IMG/VR virus record: IMGVR_UViG_3300011441_000002
Span: 1 to 43,665 of that record
From: a virus
Lineage: Duplodnaviria > Caudoviricetes
DNA length: 43,665 nucleotides
Direction: 5' to 3' (one strand)
The notes under the pieces are model-generated. The model was given only the letters and a program-made list of their open reading frames with translations. It did not search any database and was not told the origin of the DNA. Positions within the stretch are counted from its first letter, which is position 1, and every line of letters begins with the position of its first letter. The translations under genes and the position numbers were made by a program. Below, in pieces: positions 35,531-43,665 of the stretch.

Positions 35531-36129
35531 TGGCCGGCCGCCTCTCGCGCTTGTTCCCTCGGCCCGGCGAGATCACGACGCAGCCGGTCGGCGGCTTTCA
35601 ACCGATGCCGCTACCAGAGGGCTTTGTGCCGGGGCCGTTCGTCGACCCGGAGCCGCGCATGATGCCGACGATCACCGGCCCGGTCAATCCAGGGATGGTG
35701 CCGAACAAGCCCGGCGCGCCGATTGGCGACCCGCAGCCTGGTCAGCTCGACCCGAACGCGCCGATCGCGGGGTTGCCGAACGCCGTCATGGAGCCATCGC
35801 CGCAGCCGGGCCCGACCATGAGCTGGGCGCGGCGGGAGGACGACGGGTCGTACGCGAGTGGCAGTGCGCCGATGCCGGCGCCGCCTGGGGCACCTGGGAA
35901 CGCCTGGATGTCCCAGTGGCAAGGGGGCCGCCCCATGACGCTCGGCGGGATGCTCGGCGGTCTGGGTGGCGCCTACGGGGCGCAACCGGGGCAGGCGACC
36001 GGGGGGCTGGTGCGGAGCGGGCCACAGCCGCAGAGCGACATCGGGCGGCGGCGGCCGGCGGCGACGTCCCCGTATCCGTCGGGGAACTGGCAGGGCTCGC
36101 TCGGCCAGATGGCGACGTTCCTTCGGTAA
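35530..36129 (+). CDS. Pro/Gly-rich disordered protein (ejection module)
   Basis: TAATG coupling; low complexity. Confidence 0.6.
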   Translation: MAGRLSRLFPRPGEITTQPVGGFQPMPLPEGFVPGPFVDPEPRMMPTITGPVNPGMVPNKPGAPIGDPQPGQLDPNAPIAGLPNAVMEPSPQPGPTMSWARREDDGSYASGSAPMPAPPGAPGNAWMSQWQGGRPMTLGGMLGGLGGAYGAQPGQATGGLVRSGPQPQSDIGRRRPAATSPYPSGNWQGSLGQMATFLR

Positions 36130-36147
36130 GAGCGGGAGGGTAGAAAA

Positions 36148-37227
36148 TTGGGTTGGTTCGAAGATCAAGAAGCACTGATCGAGCGGCAGGGCGCCGGTGC
36201 CGGCAACCGCGGCAGCGGCCAGCCGGAGAACTACGTGATGCCCGGTGGCGAGGGCATGATCCGCCCGCAGGTGCAGGACAACTGGGGGCGCTCGCCGTCG
36301 GACCCGGCCTACGGCCAGCCGCCGGCCGACTCGTCGCCAGGCGGCCCGGCCCCGGTGGCGGAAGGGTCGCCGGGCGGCCCGACCCGTGGGACGGAGCAGT
36401 ACTCCGACCAGCGGTTCCTCGAAATCCTGCACCAGTTCCCGCCGACCTATGACGGCGCGCGGCGCGCCGCGTCCGAACTTGACCGCGTGTTCGGGCCCGG
36501 GGTGGTGTCGCTCATCGATCACCCGACGAAGCTCGACAAGTTCCGACTGCCGGGCGGGCGCATCGCCGACCAGATGTACGCCTCCGGGAGCCCACAAGCC
36601 CGCTGGAACGATTCGATCGCGCTCGAGCAGGGTGGTGGTGGGGGCGGCGGTGCGCTGAACACGCTGGGCGGCATGGCCGGCGGCGGGGGCAACTGGCAGG
36701 CCGGGCTCAATCCGGCGTTCGACTTCATGATCGGCGAAGCGCAGAAGGGATTCGAACGCAGCGGGTCGAGCCAGGGCATCCTCAACACGGGCGGCTTCCA
36801 GAAGGCGCTCGGCCGGTACCTCGCCGACTACGCGATGGGCGCCGGCTTCCAGCCGACGTTCAACAACAACTTGTCGCTCGCGCAGCTCGGGCTCAGCGCG
36901 GCCGGCAGCAACGCGCAGCTCGGGTCGCAGTACAACAGCCAGGCCGGCAACCTGACGGGCAACCAGGCCGGCGCCAACACCGGTCTTCGAATCGGCGGCG
37001 GGACGGCGCAGGCCGGCGGCACTGGCGCGCAGGCGGACATCTGGGGCAACACCATCGGGCAGGTCGGGGCGATCGCCGCGCCGACGCTCGGCGGCCTGAT
37101 CAAGCGCCGTGGTGGCAAGAATGCGGATCCCTACGAGTGGCAGGGGCCGCCGATGCTCGACCCGATGGGGAACGACCCCCGTTACCAGTACCGCACGCCG
37201 CCGTACGTCCCGGAGCAGGACATCTAG
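36148..37227 (+). CDS. gp7-like ejection protein, C-terminal part
   Basis: NPAFDFMIGEAQKGFERSGSSQGILNTGGFQKALGRYLADYA; RBS ggagg plus TTG. Confidence 0.7.
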   Translation: MGWFEDQEALIERQGAGAGNRGSGQPENYVMPGGEGMIRPQVQDNWGRSPSDPAYGQPPADSSPGGPAPVAEGSPGGPTRGTEQYSDQRFLEILHQFPPTYDGARRAASELDRVFGPGVVSLIDHPTKLDKFRLPGGRIADQMYASGSPQARWNDSIALEQGGGGGGGALNTLGGMAGGGGNWQAGLNPAFDFMIGEAQKGFERSGSSQGILNTGGFQKALGRYLADYAMGAGFQPTFNNNLSLAQLGLSAAGSNAQLGSQYNSQAGNLTGNQAGANTGLRIGGGTAQAGGTGAQADIWGNTIGQVGAIAAPTLGGLIKRRGGKNADPYEWQGPPMLDPMGNDPRYQYRTPPYVPEQDI

Positions 37228-37229
37228 CC

Positions 37230-38864
37230 ATGCCCCTCGACCTGTCCGGCATCCCGCTCAGCGTGGCGAAAAATTTCAACACGCCCTTTGCCAACCTCAA
37301 GGGCATGTTGGATATCCAGGAGAGCCAGCAGCGCGTGTCCGCGGACCAGCGCAAGGCGCAGGACGAGCAGCGCGCTCTCGACGAACAGGCCACGGTGCGC
37401 GCCATCATCGAGCGCAGCGGTGGCGACTGGGAAACCGCGCTCCCCGAGATCCGCCGCGTCGCGCCGGCCATCTCCCTCGACATCGAAAAGAAGCTCGGCG
37501 ATGCGCGCAAGGAACGGGCCGGGGCGATCAAGGCCGAGATCGACAACGACGCGGCCCTGACCGAAAAGTGGCTCGGCCGGCTGCGCGGGTTGCCCGAGGG
37601 CGACGACGAGCTGTACCAGCTCTATCGGGGCGGGCTGCTGCACGAGATGCCGGACCTGGGCGCCCTCCTGCCCGACCAGTACGACAAGGCGCGGCTCGAC
37701 CAGGTGCAGACGCTCGGCATCACGGCCAAGGAACATGCCGAGCTACAGCGGCAGGCGCTCGAGTTTGCCGCCGAGGGGAAATGGCAGAAGTCGACCGGGG
37801 CGGCCTTTGCCACCGCGACGTCGGCCGAAGAGTGGGCCGAGATCCGGGAGGGGCAGCGCGAGCTCGGGGCGCCGCGGGCTGTCCTGTCGATGTTCGGCGA
37901 GTGGAGTGACGAGGCGCCGGCCCGGGCCCGGCAACTCGGCATGACACCCGGCGAGCAGAGCACCGCGGCCAACCAGCAGCAGGTCAACGAGCGGCTGGTC
38001 GCGCAGGCCGAGTCGACGGCCGCCGACCGGGCCGCCGACAACGCGCGGCTCGACACGCAGTTCGCCGAGACGCAGCGGCACAACCGCGTGTCCGAGGGCA
38101 CGGCGCTGATCAACGCGCAGCGCCCGCGTGGCGGGGGCGGCCGCGGCGGCGGGGGCGGGGACTACTCAGCCAAGCTCGAGGCCGACCTGGCGACGGCGCT
38201 CGACCGGGCGACGCTCAATCTGCCCGGCACGCGGCGCAAGACGATCACCGACCTGGCGAACCGGCTCGCCGAGGCCGGCGACGTCGACCAGCTCAAACAA
38301 GTCATCCGCCAGGCGGCCGTCGAGACCGAGCCGGTGGACACGCGGCGCCAGATCGAAGGCCGCGGCAACGCGGCGGCGGCGCTGCGCGACATCCGCGGCG
38401 GGCTCAAGGCGCTGCAGGCGGCCGGGGTGTCGACCAACGTGCTGCGCGGCGGGGCTGAGGACGTGGCGCGCCGGCTCGGCGCGTCGACCGACCCGCGGCT
38501 CGCCAAGATCGGCACCCAGATCCGCGACGCCTTCATCGAGTACCGCCGCTCGCTGACCGGCGTTGCGTTCGGCGCGGCCGAGGGCCAGGACTACGAGCGG
38601 TTGTTCCCGAACTACCGGAACACGCTGCCGCTGAACATGGCGATTCTCGACGGGCTCGAATCGGGGTTCAGCACGCGCGACCGCGAGTACTGGACGCGCA
38701 AGCTCGGGCCGGCGGGCGCCGCGCTCGTCGGCGCGCTACCGGCGCAGGGTGGCGGGGGCGGCGGGGCGGCGCCCGGCCCGGGCCAGCAAGCCTTGCCCGC
38801 GCCGGCCAGCGGCGGCAACCCGCGGTACGAACGGTACCGGCAGACGCGGCCGGTGGGGCGGTAG
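37230..38864 (+). CDS. Ejection/internal virion protein (gp20-like position)
   Basis: Helical; ETQRHNRVSEG, SLTGVAFG..E...FP. Confidence 0.65.
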   Translation: MPLDLSGIPLSVAKNFNTPFANLKGMLDIQESQQRVSADQRKAQDEQRALDEQATVRAIIERSGGDWETALPEIRRVAPAISLDIEKKLGDARKERAGAIKAEIDNDAALTEKWLGRLRGLPEGDDELYQLYRGGLLHEMPDLGALLPDQYDKARLDQVQTLGITAKEHAELQRQALEFAAEGKWQKSTGAAFATATSAEEWAEIREGQRELGAPRAVLSMFGEWSDEAPARARQLGMTPGEQSTAANQQQVNERLVAQAESTAADRAADNARLDTQFAETQRHNRVSEGTALINAQRPRGGGGRGGGGGDYSAKLEADLATALDRATLNLPGTRRKTITDLANRLAEAGDVDQLKQVIRQAAVETEPVDTRRQIEGRGNAAAALRDIRGGLKALQAAGVSTNVLRGGAEDVARRLGASTDPRLAKIGTQIRDAFIEYRRSLTGVAFGAAEGQDYERLFPNYRNTLPLNMAILDGLESGFSTRDREYWTRKLGPAGAALVGALPAQGGGGGGAAPGPGQQALPAPASGGNPRYERYRQTRPVGR

Positions 38865-38867
38865 GCG

Positions 38868-41063
38868 ATGGCACAAGAGCAGGGGCCGGTCGGACGCACG
38901 CTTGACGAGGCCGAGTTCACGGCGCTCGAGGACGTGCTCATTGCCCAGGCGCCGCCCGGGCTATCGGAATCGGACTTCGAGCGGTGGATCACGCCGCGGC
39001 TCGACCAGGCGGTCGCCCAGGCCGAGTACGCCCCGGCCACGCCGCAAGGCTCGGCGCTCGGCCGGGCCGCGTCTGGCGCCTGGGAGATGTTGAACCCAGT
39101 CGAGGCGGTCAAGGGGCTGTATCGGGCGGCCACGCATCCGATCGACACGGTCTCCAACCTGGCCGGCGCGCAGCTCGGCCAGTTGAAACAGGGGGCGACG
39201 GCGGCGAGCGAGGGACGCCTCGGGGAAGGGTTCTTCCGCACACTAGCCGGGGCCCTCCCGATCGCCGGGCCGATTGCCGCCAACATCGGCGAAGAGATCG
39301 GCGCCACCGGGGACATCGCCCGCGGCGTCGGGCAAGCGGCGGGGCTCGTGGCCCCGGTCCCGGGCGTGCGGGCGACGGTCGCCGCCGGCCGCCGGGTGCT
39401 GACGCCGGCGCTGCGCGGCCGGGTCGCTGGCGCGCTGGAGCGCGGCGCCGAGGCGCGCGTCACCGATGTCGGCGTGCCCAAGGGCGTTACCAAGGCCAAC
39501 ATCCAGCGCGGGCGCGACTTCGCGCAGCATGCCGGCGACGTGACGGCGATGCTGGCCGAGGACGGCGCCGGCTGGTCGCGCGACGCGCTGCGCGCCCAGG
39601 TCGCCGGCAAGCTCGACGACGCCGAAAAGGTGCTCGACGAGGCACAGGACGCGCGGCTGTCGGCGCGCACGTTCGACACGCGGCCGATCGTCGAGGCGCT
39701 GGAAGCCCGGAAACGGACGCAGACCGCCGAGGCGGTCGAGGCCAGCCGCACCATCCGCGAGGCGTCGCCGCCACCGGCGAAAGCCGTCGCCGACTACGGG
39801 AAATCGGTCGCCACCCATGCCGCCGACGCGGCCACGCTCCAGGCGCGCGAGCGGGCGTTCATGCTCCGGTGGCTGGCCGACGACCTGGACGAAGTCACGT
39901 ACTCGTCGGGCACGATGACAAAGCAGGCCCGCGACCGTGCCGCGCGGGAGTGGCGGCCGGGCGACCCGGAAGGCGCCCGCCACGGCATCGGCGCCATGTC
40001 GGCGCGCACGCCGGGCACGCCGGTCTATCACACCGTCGACCCGCTGGTGAAGGGCGCCTATCACGTCAAATCCAAGCGGCTCGCCAAGTTGGCCGACGAC
40101 CTGGTCGCCGGCAAGGACGTCGACCCGCGGGTCGTGGCGCTGGCCGACGCCTACATCCAGGGGTTTGCGGGCGACCGTTTCGACTTTACGAAACTGAATC
40201 CCGCGACGGTCGACGCGCTCGGGCTGCGCCCAAAGGATCTCAAGGCGCCAATGACGCCGCCGAAGTATCAGCGCGATCCCGGGATGGCGTCCCGCTGGTT
40301 CGGCGAGGAACGTGTCCGGCAGGACATCCCAGACGCCGCGGTCGCAATGGACCCGATGCCGCCCGGGAAACCGCCCGGGCCGTCGCTCAAGGCCGTGCCG
40401 CTCGGGCGCGACGTCGTGCCCGCACCCAACAAGCCGCGCGTCGGCACCATCGACCAGATCATCGCCGAGGTGAAGGCGCTGGGCCCGGTGGCGCGGTACG
40501 AGTCGCTGCGGCGCATCCGGCAGTCGTGGGATCCGGTCGCCAAAGAAGCGATCAACGCCGCGGTGACGCCCGACTACAACGCGCGCATCGGGGCCAAGCT
40601 CGGCGCGCGGGACGGCACTGGCGCGCTGCGCGACTTCCTGGCGCAGGTCGAGCCCGAGACCGCTAAGGCGAATGCGCCGTACCACGCCTGGCGCACGCTC
40701 GACGACATCATGGAAGCCGCCGAGGACCGGGCGCGCGTGCAGCCGAAAGTCGGCCGCCGCATCATCGCGCAACTGGGCGGGTTACTGGCCGGCGCCAAGA
40801 CGGGTGGGGTCGTCACGGCGATTGCTGGCGCGACGCTCGCCCCGCAGCTCGAGGCGCTCCTGGCCGGGTCGACGACCAAACTGCAGACGGCGCGGCTCCT
40901 GACGAAGCTGGCCGCCGCGGTCAAGCGGGGCGATGTCGGCGCCGTCACGTCGCACGCGCAGGACTTGAAGGTGCTGGGCCGGCGCGTGCTGCCGACCGCG
41001 GCCCGCGAAGTCGGCCGCACCGCTACGGACGCAGTAGCTGAACCAGTCCCACAACCGTACTGA
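38868..41063 (+). CDS. Large ejection/internal virion protein (gp16-like position)
   Basis: Ala-rich and helical; THPIDTV; hydrophobic Gly-rich segments near both ends. Confidence 0.65.
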   Translation: MAQEQGPVGRTLDEAEFTALEDVLIAQAPPGLSESDFERWITPRLDQAVAQAEYAPATPQGSALGRAASGAWEMLNPVEAVKGLYRAATHPIDTVSNLAGAQLGQLKQGATAASEGRLGEGFFRTLAGALPIAGPIAANIGEEIGATGDIARGVGQAAGLVAPVPGVRATVAAGRRVLTPALRGRVAGALERGAEARVTDVGVPKGVTKANIQRGRDFAQHAGDVTAMLAEDGAGWSRDALRAQVAGKLDDAEKVLDEAQDARLSARTFDTRPIVEALEARKRTQTAEAVEASRTIREASPPPAKAVADYGKSVATHAADAATLQARERAFMLRWLADDLDEVTYSSGTMTKQARDRAAREWRPGDPEGARHGIGAMSARTPGTPVYHTVDPLVKGAYHVKSKRLAKLADDLVAGKDVDPRVVALADAYIQGFAGDRFDFTKLNPATVDALGLRPKDLKAPMTPPKYQRDPGMASRWFGEERVRQDIPDAAVAMDPMPPGKPPGPSLKAVPLGRDVVPAPNKPRVGTIDQIIAEVKALGPVARYESLRRIRQSWDPVAKEAINAAVTPDYNARIGAKLGARDGTGALRDFLAQVEPETAKANAPYHAWRTLDDIMEAAEDRARVQPKVGRRIIAQLGGLLAGAKTGGVVTAIAGATLAPQLEALLAGSTTKLQTARLLTKLAAAVKRGDVGAVTSHAQDLKVLGRRVLPTAAREVGRTATDAVAEPVPQPY

Positions 41064-41163
41064 CGATCGTCCCAATGACCAGGAACAGCAGCAACCCACG
41101 GTACAGCCACCACGCGCCGGCCAGCAGGCGGGCGGGCACGGTGACGAGCAGAAACCACAGCAT
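41023..41163 (-). CDS. Small antisense membrane peptide (SieA-position exclusion candidate, 46 aa)
   Basis: MLWFLLVTVPARLLAGAWWLYRGLLLFLVIGTIVSTVVGLVQLLRP; TACCAT 7 nt upstream. Confidence 0.55.
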   Translation of the reverse strand: MLWFLLVTVPARLLAGAWWLYRGLLLFLVIGTIVSTVVGLVQLLRP

Positions 41164-41180
41164 GAACAGGATGGTAACGC

Positions 41181-41822
41181 ATGGCCGGTGAGTTGATCCC
41201 CTGGATCGAACTGCGGTTTCTGAACGCCGACGGCACCGAGCCGAACGCGCTCGGCACGGTGGAGACCTACGTGGCCGGCACGTCGGATCCGGCCGTCACC
41301 TACGCGCAGGCCGACCTTGACCCCGGCTCGGCCAACCCGACGACGATCACGCTCGACGCGGACGGACGCCCGCCCGATCCGATCTTCTTGGCGGCGCACG
41401 GGTACAAGTTCATCGTAAAGAACGCGCTGGCCGCGACGCTCTACACGATCGACGAGGTCGAGAACGTCGGCCAAGTGTTCGCCGCGACCTACGGCGTGTT
41501 GTCGACCGAGGGCTCCAAAAACGTCGTCAGCGGCTACGAGGTCGACCCCGAGACCGATCGGTTCGTGACGGTCGACAGCACGGGCGGCGCCGACCCGTGC
41601 ATCATCATCATGCCGGCGGCGACGGATTGCCCGAAGCCCGTCACGATCAAGAACCTGGGCACCGAGCCGCTGGCGGTCACGCCGGACGGGGCCGAGACGA
41701 TCGACGGCATTGCCGCCGCCTACGCGGTGCCGGCCGCGGTGTCGCCGCTGTTTCCGACCGTGACGCTGGTGGCGCTGTCCGGCGGCACGGGGTACCTAAT
41801 TCAAAGCGGGCTGGGGATCTGA
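41181..41822 (+). CDS. Tailspike head-binding-type domain protein (short adaptor)
   Basis: FLNADG...TYVAGTSDPAVTY...NPTTITLDADGR...YKFIVK, then VTIKNLG...TIDG. Confidence 0.75.
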   Translation: MAGELIPWIELRFLNADGTEPNALGTVETYVAGTSDPAVTYAQADLDPGSANPTTITLDADGRPPDPIFLAAHGYKFIVKNALAATLYTIDEVENVGQVFAATYGVLSTEGSKNVVSGYEVDPETDRFVTVDSTGGADPCIIIMPAATDCPKPVTIKNLGTEPLAVTPDGAETIDGIAAAYAVPAAVSPLFPTVTLVALSGGTGYLIQSGLGI

Positions 41823-41828
41823 TGGGCA

Positions 41829-42128
41829 ATGGCCGATCCGATCTCCGACGGCACAGCGCCGCCGACGAGTACCGCCGAAGAGGACCGCGGCACGGCGGGG
41901 CAGCGCCACATCAATCTGCTGTGGGAAACCACGCAGCGTCAGATCGCCGTGTTCGTCGTCGGGGTCGCCGTGCTGGTCGCGGCGTATCTCTCGCTCATGG
42001 GCGAGGACGCGATCCGGATGGCGGCGTTCGTGTTCCTGTCCAACATGGCGTTGCTGATTGCCAATTCGTACTTTCAGCGGACCAACCACACCAAGACGGG
42101 CGGCGTGACGCCAAAGGGCGATCGCTGA
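41829..42128 (+). CDS. Two-TM membrane protein (holin candidate)
   Basis: GQRHINLLWETTQRQIA, two TM helices, YFQRTNH. Confidence 0.6.
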   Translation: MADPISDGTAPPTSTAEEDRGTAGQRHINLLWETTQRQIAVFVVGVAVLVAAYLSLMGEDAIRMAAFVFLSNMALLIANSYFQRTNHTKTGGVTPKGDR

Positions 42129-42141
42129 GCGGGGCCGTCCG

Positions 42142-42438
42142 ATGATGTTGCCCGAGGGACTCCCCAGGTCGATTCGGCAGGGGTTGATCTGGGTCGTGTG
42201 CGCGGCGGCGATCGCTGGCTGGATCGGCTTCGAGCCGCCATGGACGTCGTCCGGGCGACAGCTCGACGAGTGGGTCAAGGCGCACGCGGTCGCCACGGCG
42301 CAGATCGAAGAGATGGGCCGGTCGATCGTCGTGCTGCAGGACCGGGAGACCCGGACCCAGACCGACCTGAAATCGGTCGGCGGCCGGCTCGACGAGATCA
42401 TTCGGATGCTCTACGCACAGGATCGGCGGACCCGATGA
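42142..42438 (+). CDS. Membrane-anchored coiled-coil protein (lysis-associated)
   Basis: One TM helix, then a heptad pattern ending RLDEIIRMLY. Confidence 0.6.
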   Translation: MMLPEGLPRSIRQGLIWVVCAAAIAGWIGFEPPWTSSGRQLDEWVKAHAVATAQIEEMGRSIVVLQDRETRTQTDLKSVGGRLDEIIRMLYAQDRRTR

Positions 42439-42938
42439 CGCTGTCGCCGCTCAACACACAGGCGTACGTCGTGCGGCATGTGCTGCCGGTCGCCGCAGAG
42501 CTGCTGCCCGCCGTCATGGACATGCCGCCGGCCTGGGCGCTGCTCGTCGCGATCGGCCGGCAAGAATCGCGGTTCCTGTACCGCCGCCAGCTCCCGAAAG
42601 GGCCGGCGCGCGGCTTCTGGCAATTCGAGGTGGCCGGGGTCGACGGCGTGCTCGAGCATCCGCGGTCGCGCCAGTCGGCGCTCGACGTGCTGACGACGCT
42701 CGGCTATCCCGAGGACGCCGGGGCCGTGCATCTGGCGCTGGAGCACAACGACGTACTGGCGGCGTGCTTCGCGCGGCTCTACCTGTGGACCGACCCGCGG
42801 GCGTTGCCGCTGCCCACCGACCCGACGCAGGGCTGGCTGCTCTACCTGGCAACCTGGCGGCCGGGGAAACCGAAGCCCGAGACCTGGTCGTCGCATTTCG
42901 CCGCGGGCTGGGCCGCGACAGGAAAGTCCTACACATGA
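42435..42938 (+). CDS. Endolysin, lysozyme/transglycosylase-like
   Basis: AIGRQESRF...GPARGFWQFE...ARLYLWTDP...YLATWRPGKP. Confidence 0.75.
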   Translation: MTLSPLNTQAYVVRHVLPVAAELLPAVMDMPPAWALLVAIGRQESRFLYRRQLPKGPARGFWQFEVAGVDGVLEHPRSRQSALDVLTTLGYPEDAGAVHLALEHNDVLAACFARLYLWTDPRALPLPTDPTQGWLLYLATWRPGKPKPETWSSHFAAGWAATGKSYT

Positions 42939-43665
42939 CCCTCCGACGCTTCCCCCTCGCCCTGCTGCTGTTCCTACTGACCGGCTGCGCCTCCGGTGGG
43001 GGTGGCACACCGCCGCCGCAGCCGACGCCCGCCCCGGTACAGGCGATGGCGGTCATCGTCCACGACCTTGAGCGGCCCGGCCAGGGCGTCGAGGGCGTCG
43101 CGGTCGACTGCGGGCCAGGGTCGACCGGCACCACGAACGCCGACGGCTACACGGTGTTCTCGGCCTACTCGTATCGGCAGGCGGACTGCACGATGTCGCG
43201 CGATGGCTGGCTGACGAACACGGCCAGCTTCGTCCCGACCCCGGAGCAGGCCACGCTCGAGACCTGGATCCAGGCGGCGCCGCCACCGCGGCCGGTGCAT
43301 CCCGACCCGATCGTCGGGCGCGTCCGCTGGGACGGCAGTTGTTACCGCGACGACACCGGCTGTCGGGTGCTGTCCTACGCGCACGCCGGCAACCTGTTCG
43401 CCGTCTGGGTGCGCGACGAGGCGCGGGCGAGCTTCGAACTCGACAAGGTCGCCAGCGCCGGCCATCACGGCGTACGGAGCTGGGGCACGCTGGGCTGCGA
43501 CGGCGGCGCCTGCACCAACCCGACGGCCTACTGGTACGGCAACGACGTCAACCCGACGATCACGCCGGACTATCCCGGGCAGATGCGCCGGTTCTTCGCG
43601 GCGCTCACGACCCGCGGGCTGCGCGCGGTCTGGAGTCAAGGCGACATCCGCGGCGTACCCGACCG
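42935..43665 (+). CDS. N-terminal part of the junction-spanning lipoprotein (continues to 949)
   Basis: MTLRRFPLALLLFLLTG-C lipobox, PPPQPTPAP linker, Ig/carboxypeptidase-regulatory-like GTTNADGY segment. Missed by the ORF track because it has no stop inside the window. Confidence 0.8.
   Translation, partial: MTLRRFPLALLLFLLTGCASGGGGTPPPQPTPAPVQAMAVIVHDLERPGQGVEGVAVDCGPGSTGTTNADGYTVFSAYSYRQADCTMSRDGWLTNTASFVPTPEQATLETWIQAAPPPRPVHPDPIVGRVRWDGSCYRDDTGCRVLSYAHAGNLFAVWVRDEARASFELDKVASAGHHGVRSWGTLGCDGGACTNPTAYWYGNDVNPTITPDYPGQMRRFFAALTTRGLRAVWSQGDIRGVPD
43543..43665. repeat. Terminal direct repeat, copy 2
   Basis: Identical to 1-123. Confidence 0.97.

Larger units (their letters stand above)
1..43665. 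mobile_element. Complete temperate P22-like (podovirus-type) phage genome, circular form, about 43,542 bp unique
   Basis: Integrase, attP, repressor/Cro, recombination, replication, terminase, portal, coat, tail, ejection and lysis genes are present in lambdoid order. There is a terminal overlap and no host housekeeping genes. Confidence 0.95.

Noticed and set aside
43543-43665. 123-bp terminal repeat as a physical T7-like end
   Set aside because: It lies inside a coding sequence and has the size expected of an assembler overlap. It indicates circularity only.

Overview
The window is best read as one complete, circularly permuted temperate phage genome of about 43,542 bp. Bases 1-123 are repeated exactly at 43543-43665, and one gene reads through that junction. 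The sequence is GC-rich and has a P22-like (short-tailed) virion module. Gene order: end of lysis module; attP (an 18-bp copy of a tRNA-Glu-like 3' end); tyrosine integrase; lipoprotein, repressor and Cro switch; early HTH genes; ERF, YqaJ and NinB recombination genes; replication initiator; divergent C5-methyltransferase-like gene; RuvC-like resolvase; a repeat-bounded cluster of small accessory genes; TerS and TerL; portal; a stand-alone 681-aa EEVQSDW-motif protein; scaffold; coat; tail and receptor-binding proteins; ejection proteins; an antisense Sie-like peptide; lysis genes. Protein features suggest an Acidobacteriota (Vicinamibacterales-like) host, but this is an inference from recall. 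The most unusual points are an apparently split gp10 tail nozzle carrying a ~450-aa inserted module, an apparently split gp7-like ejection protein, the stand-alone EEVQSDW (possibly GNAT-fold) protein in the head module, repeat-delimited gene cassettes, a holin-lipoprotein fusion, and a glycoside-hydrolase-like lipoprotein in the lysis region. All family calls come from motif recognition by eye; no database searches were run.
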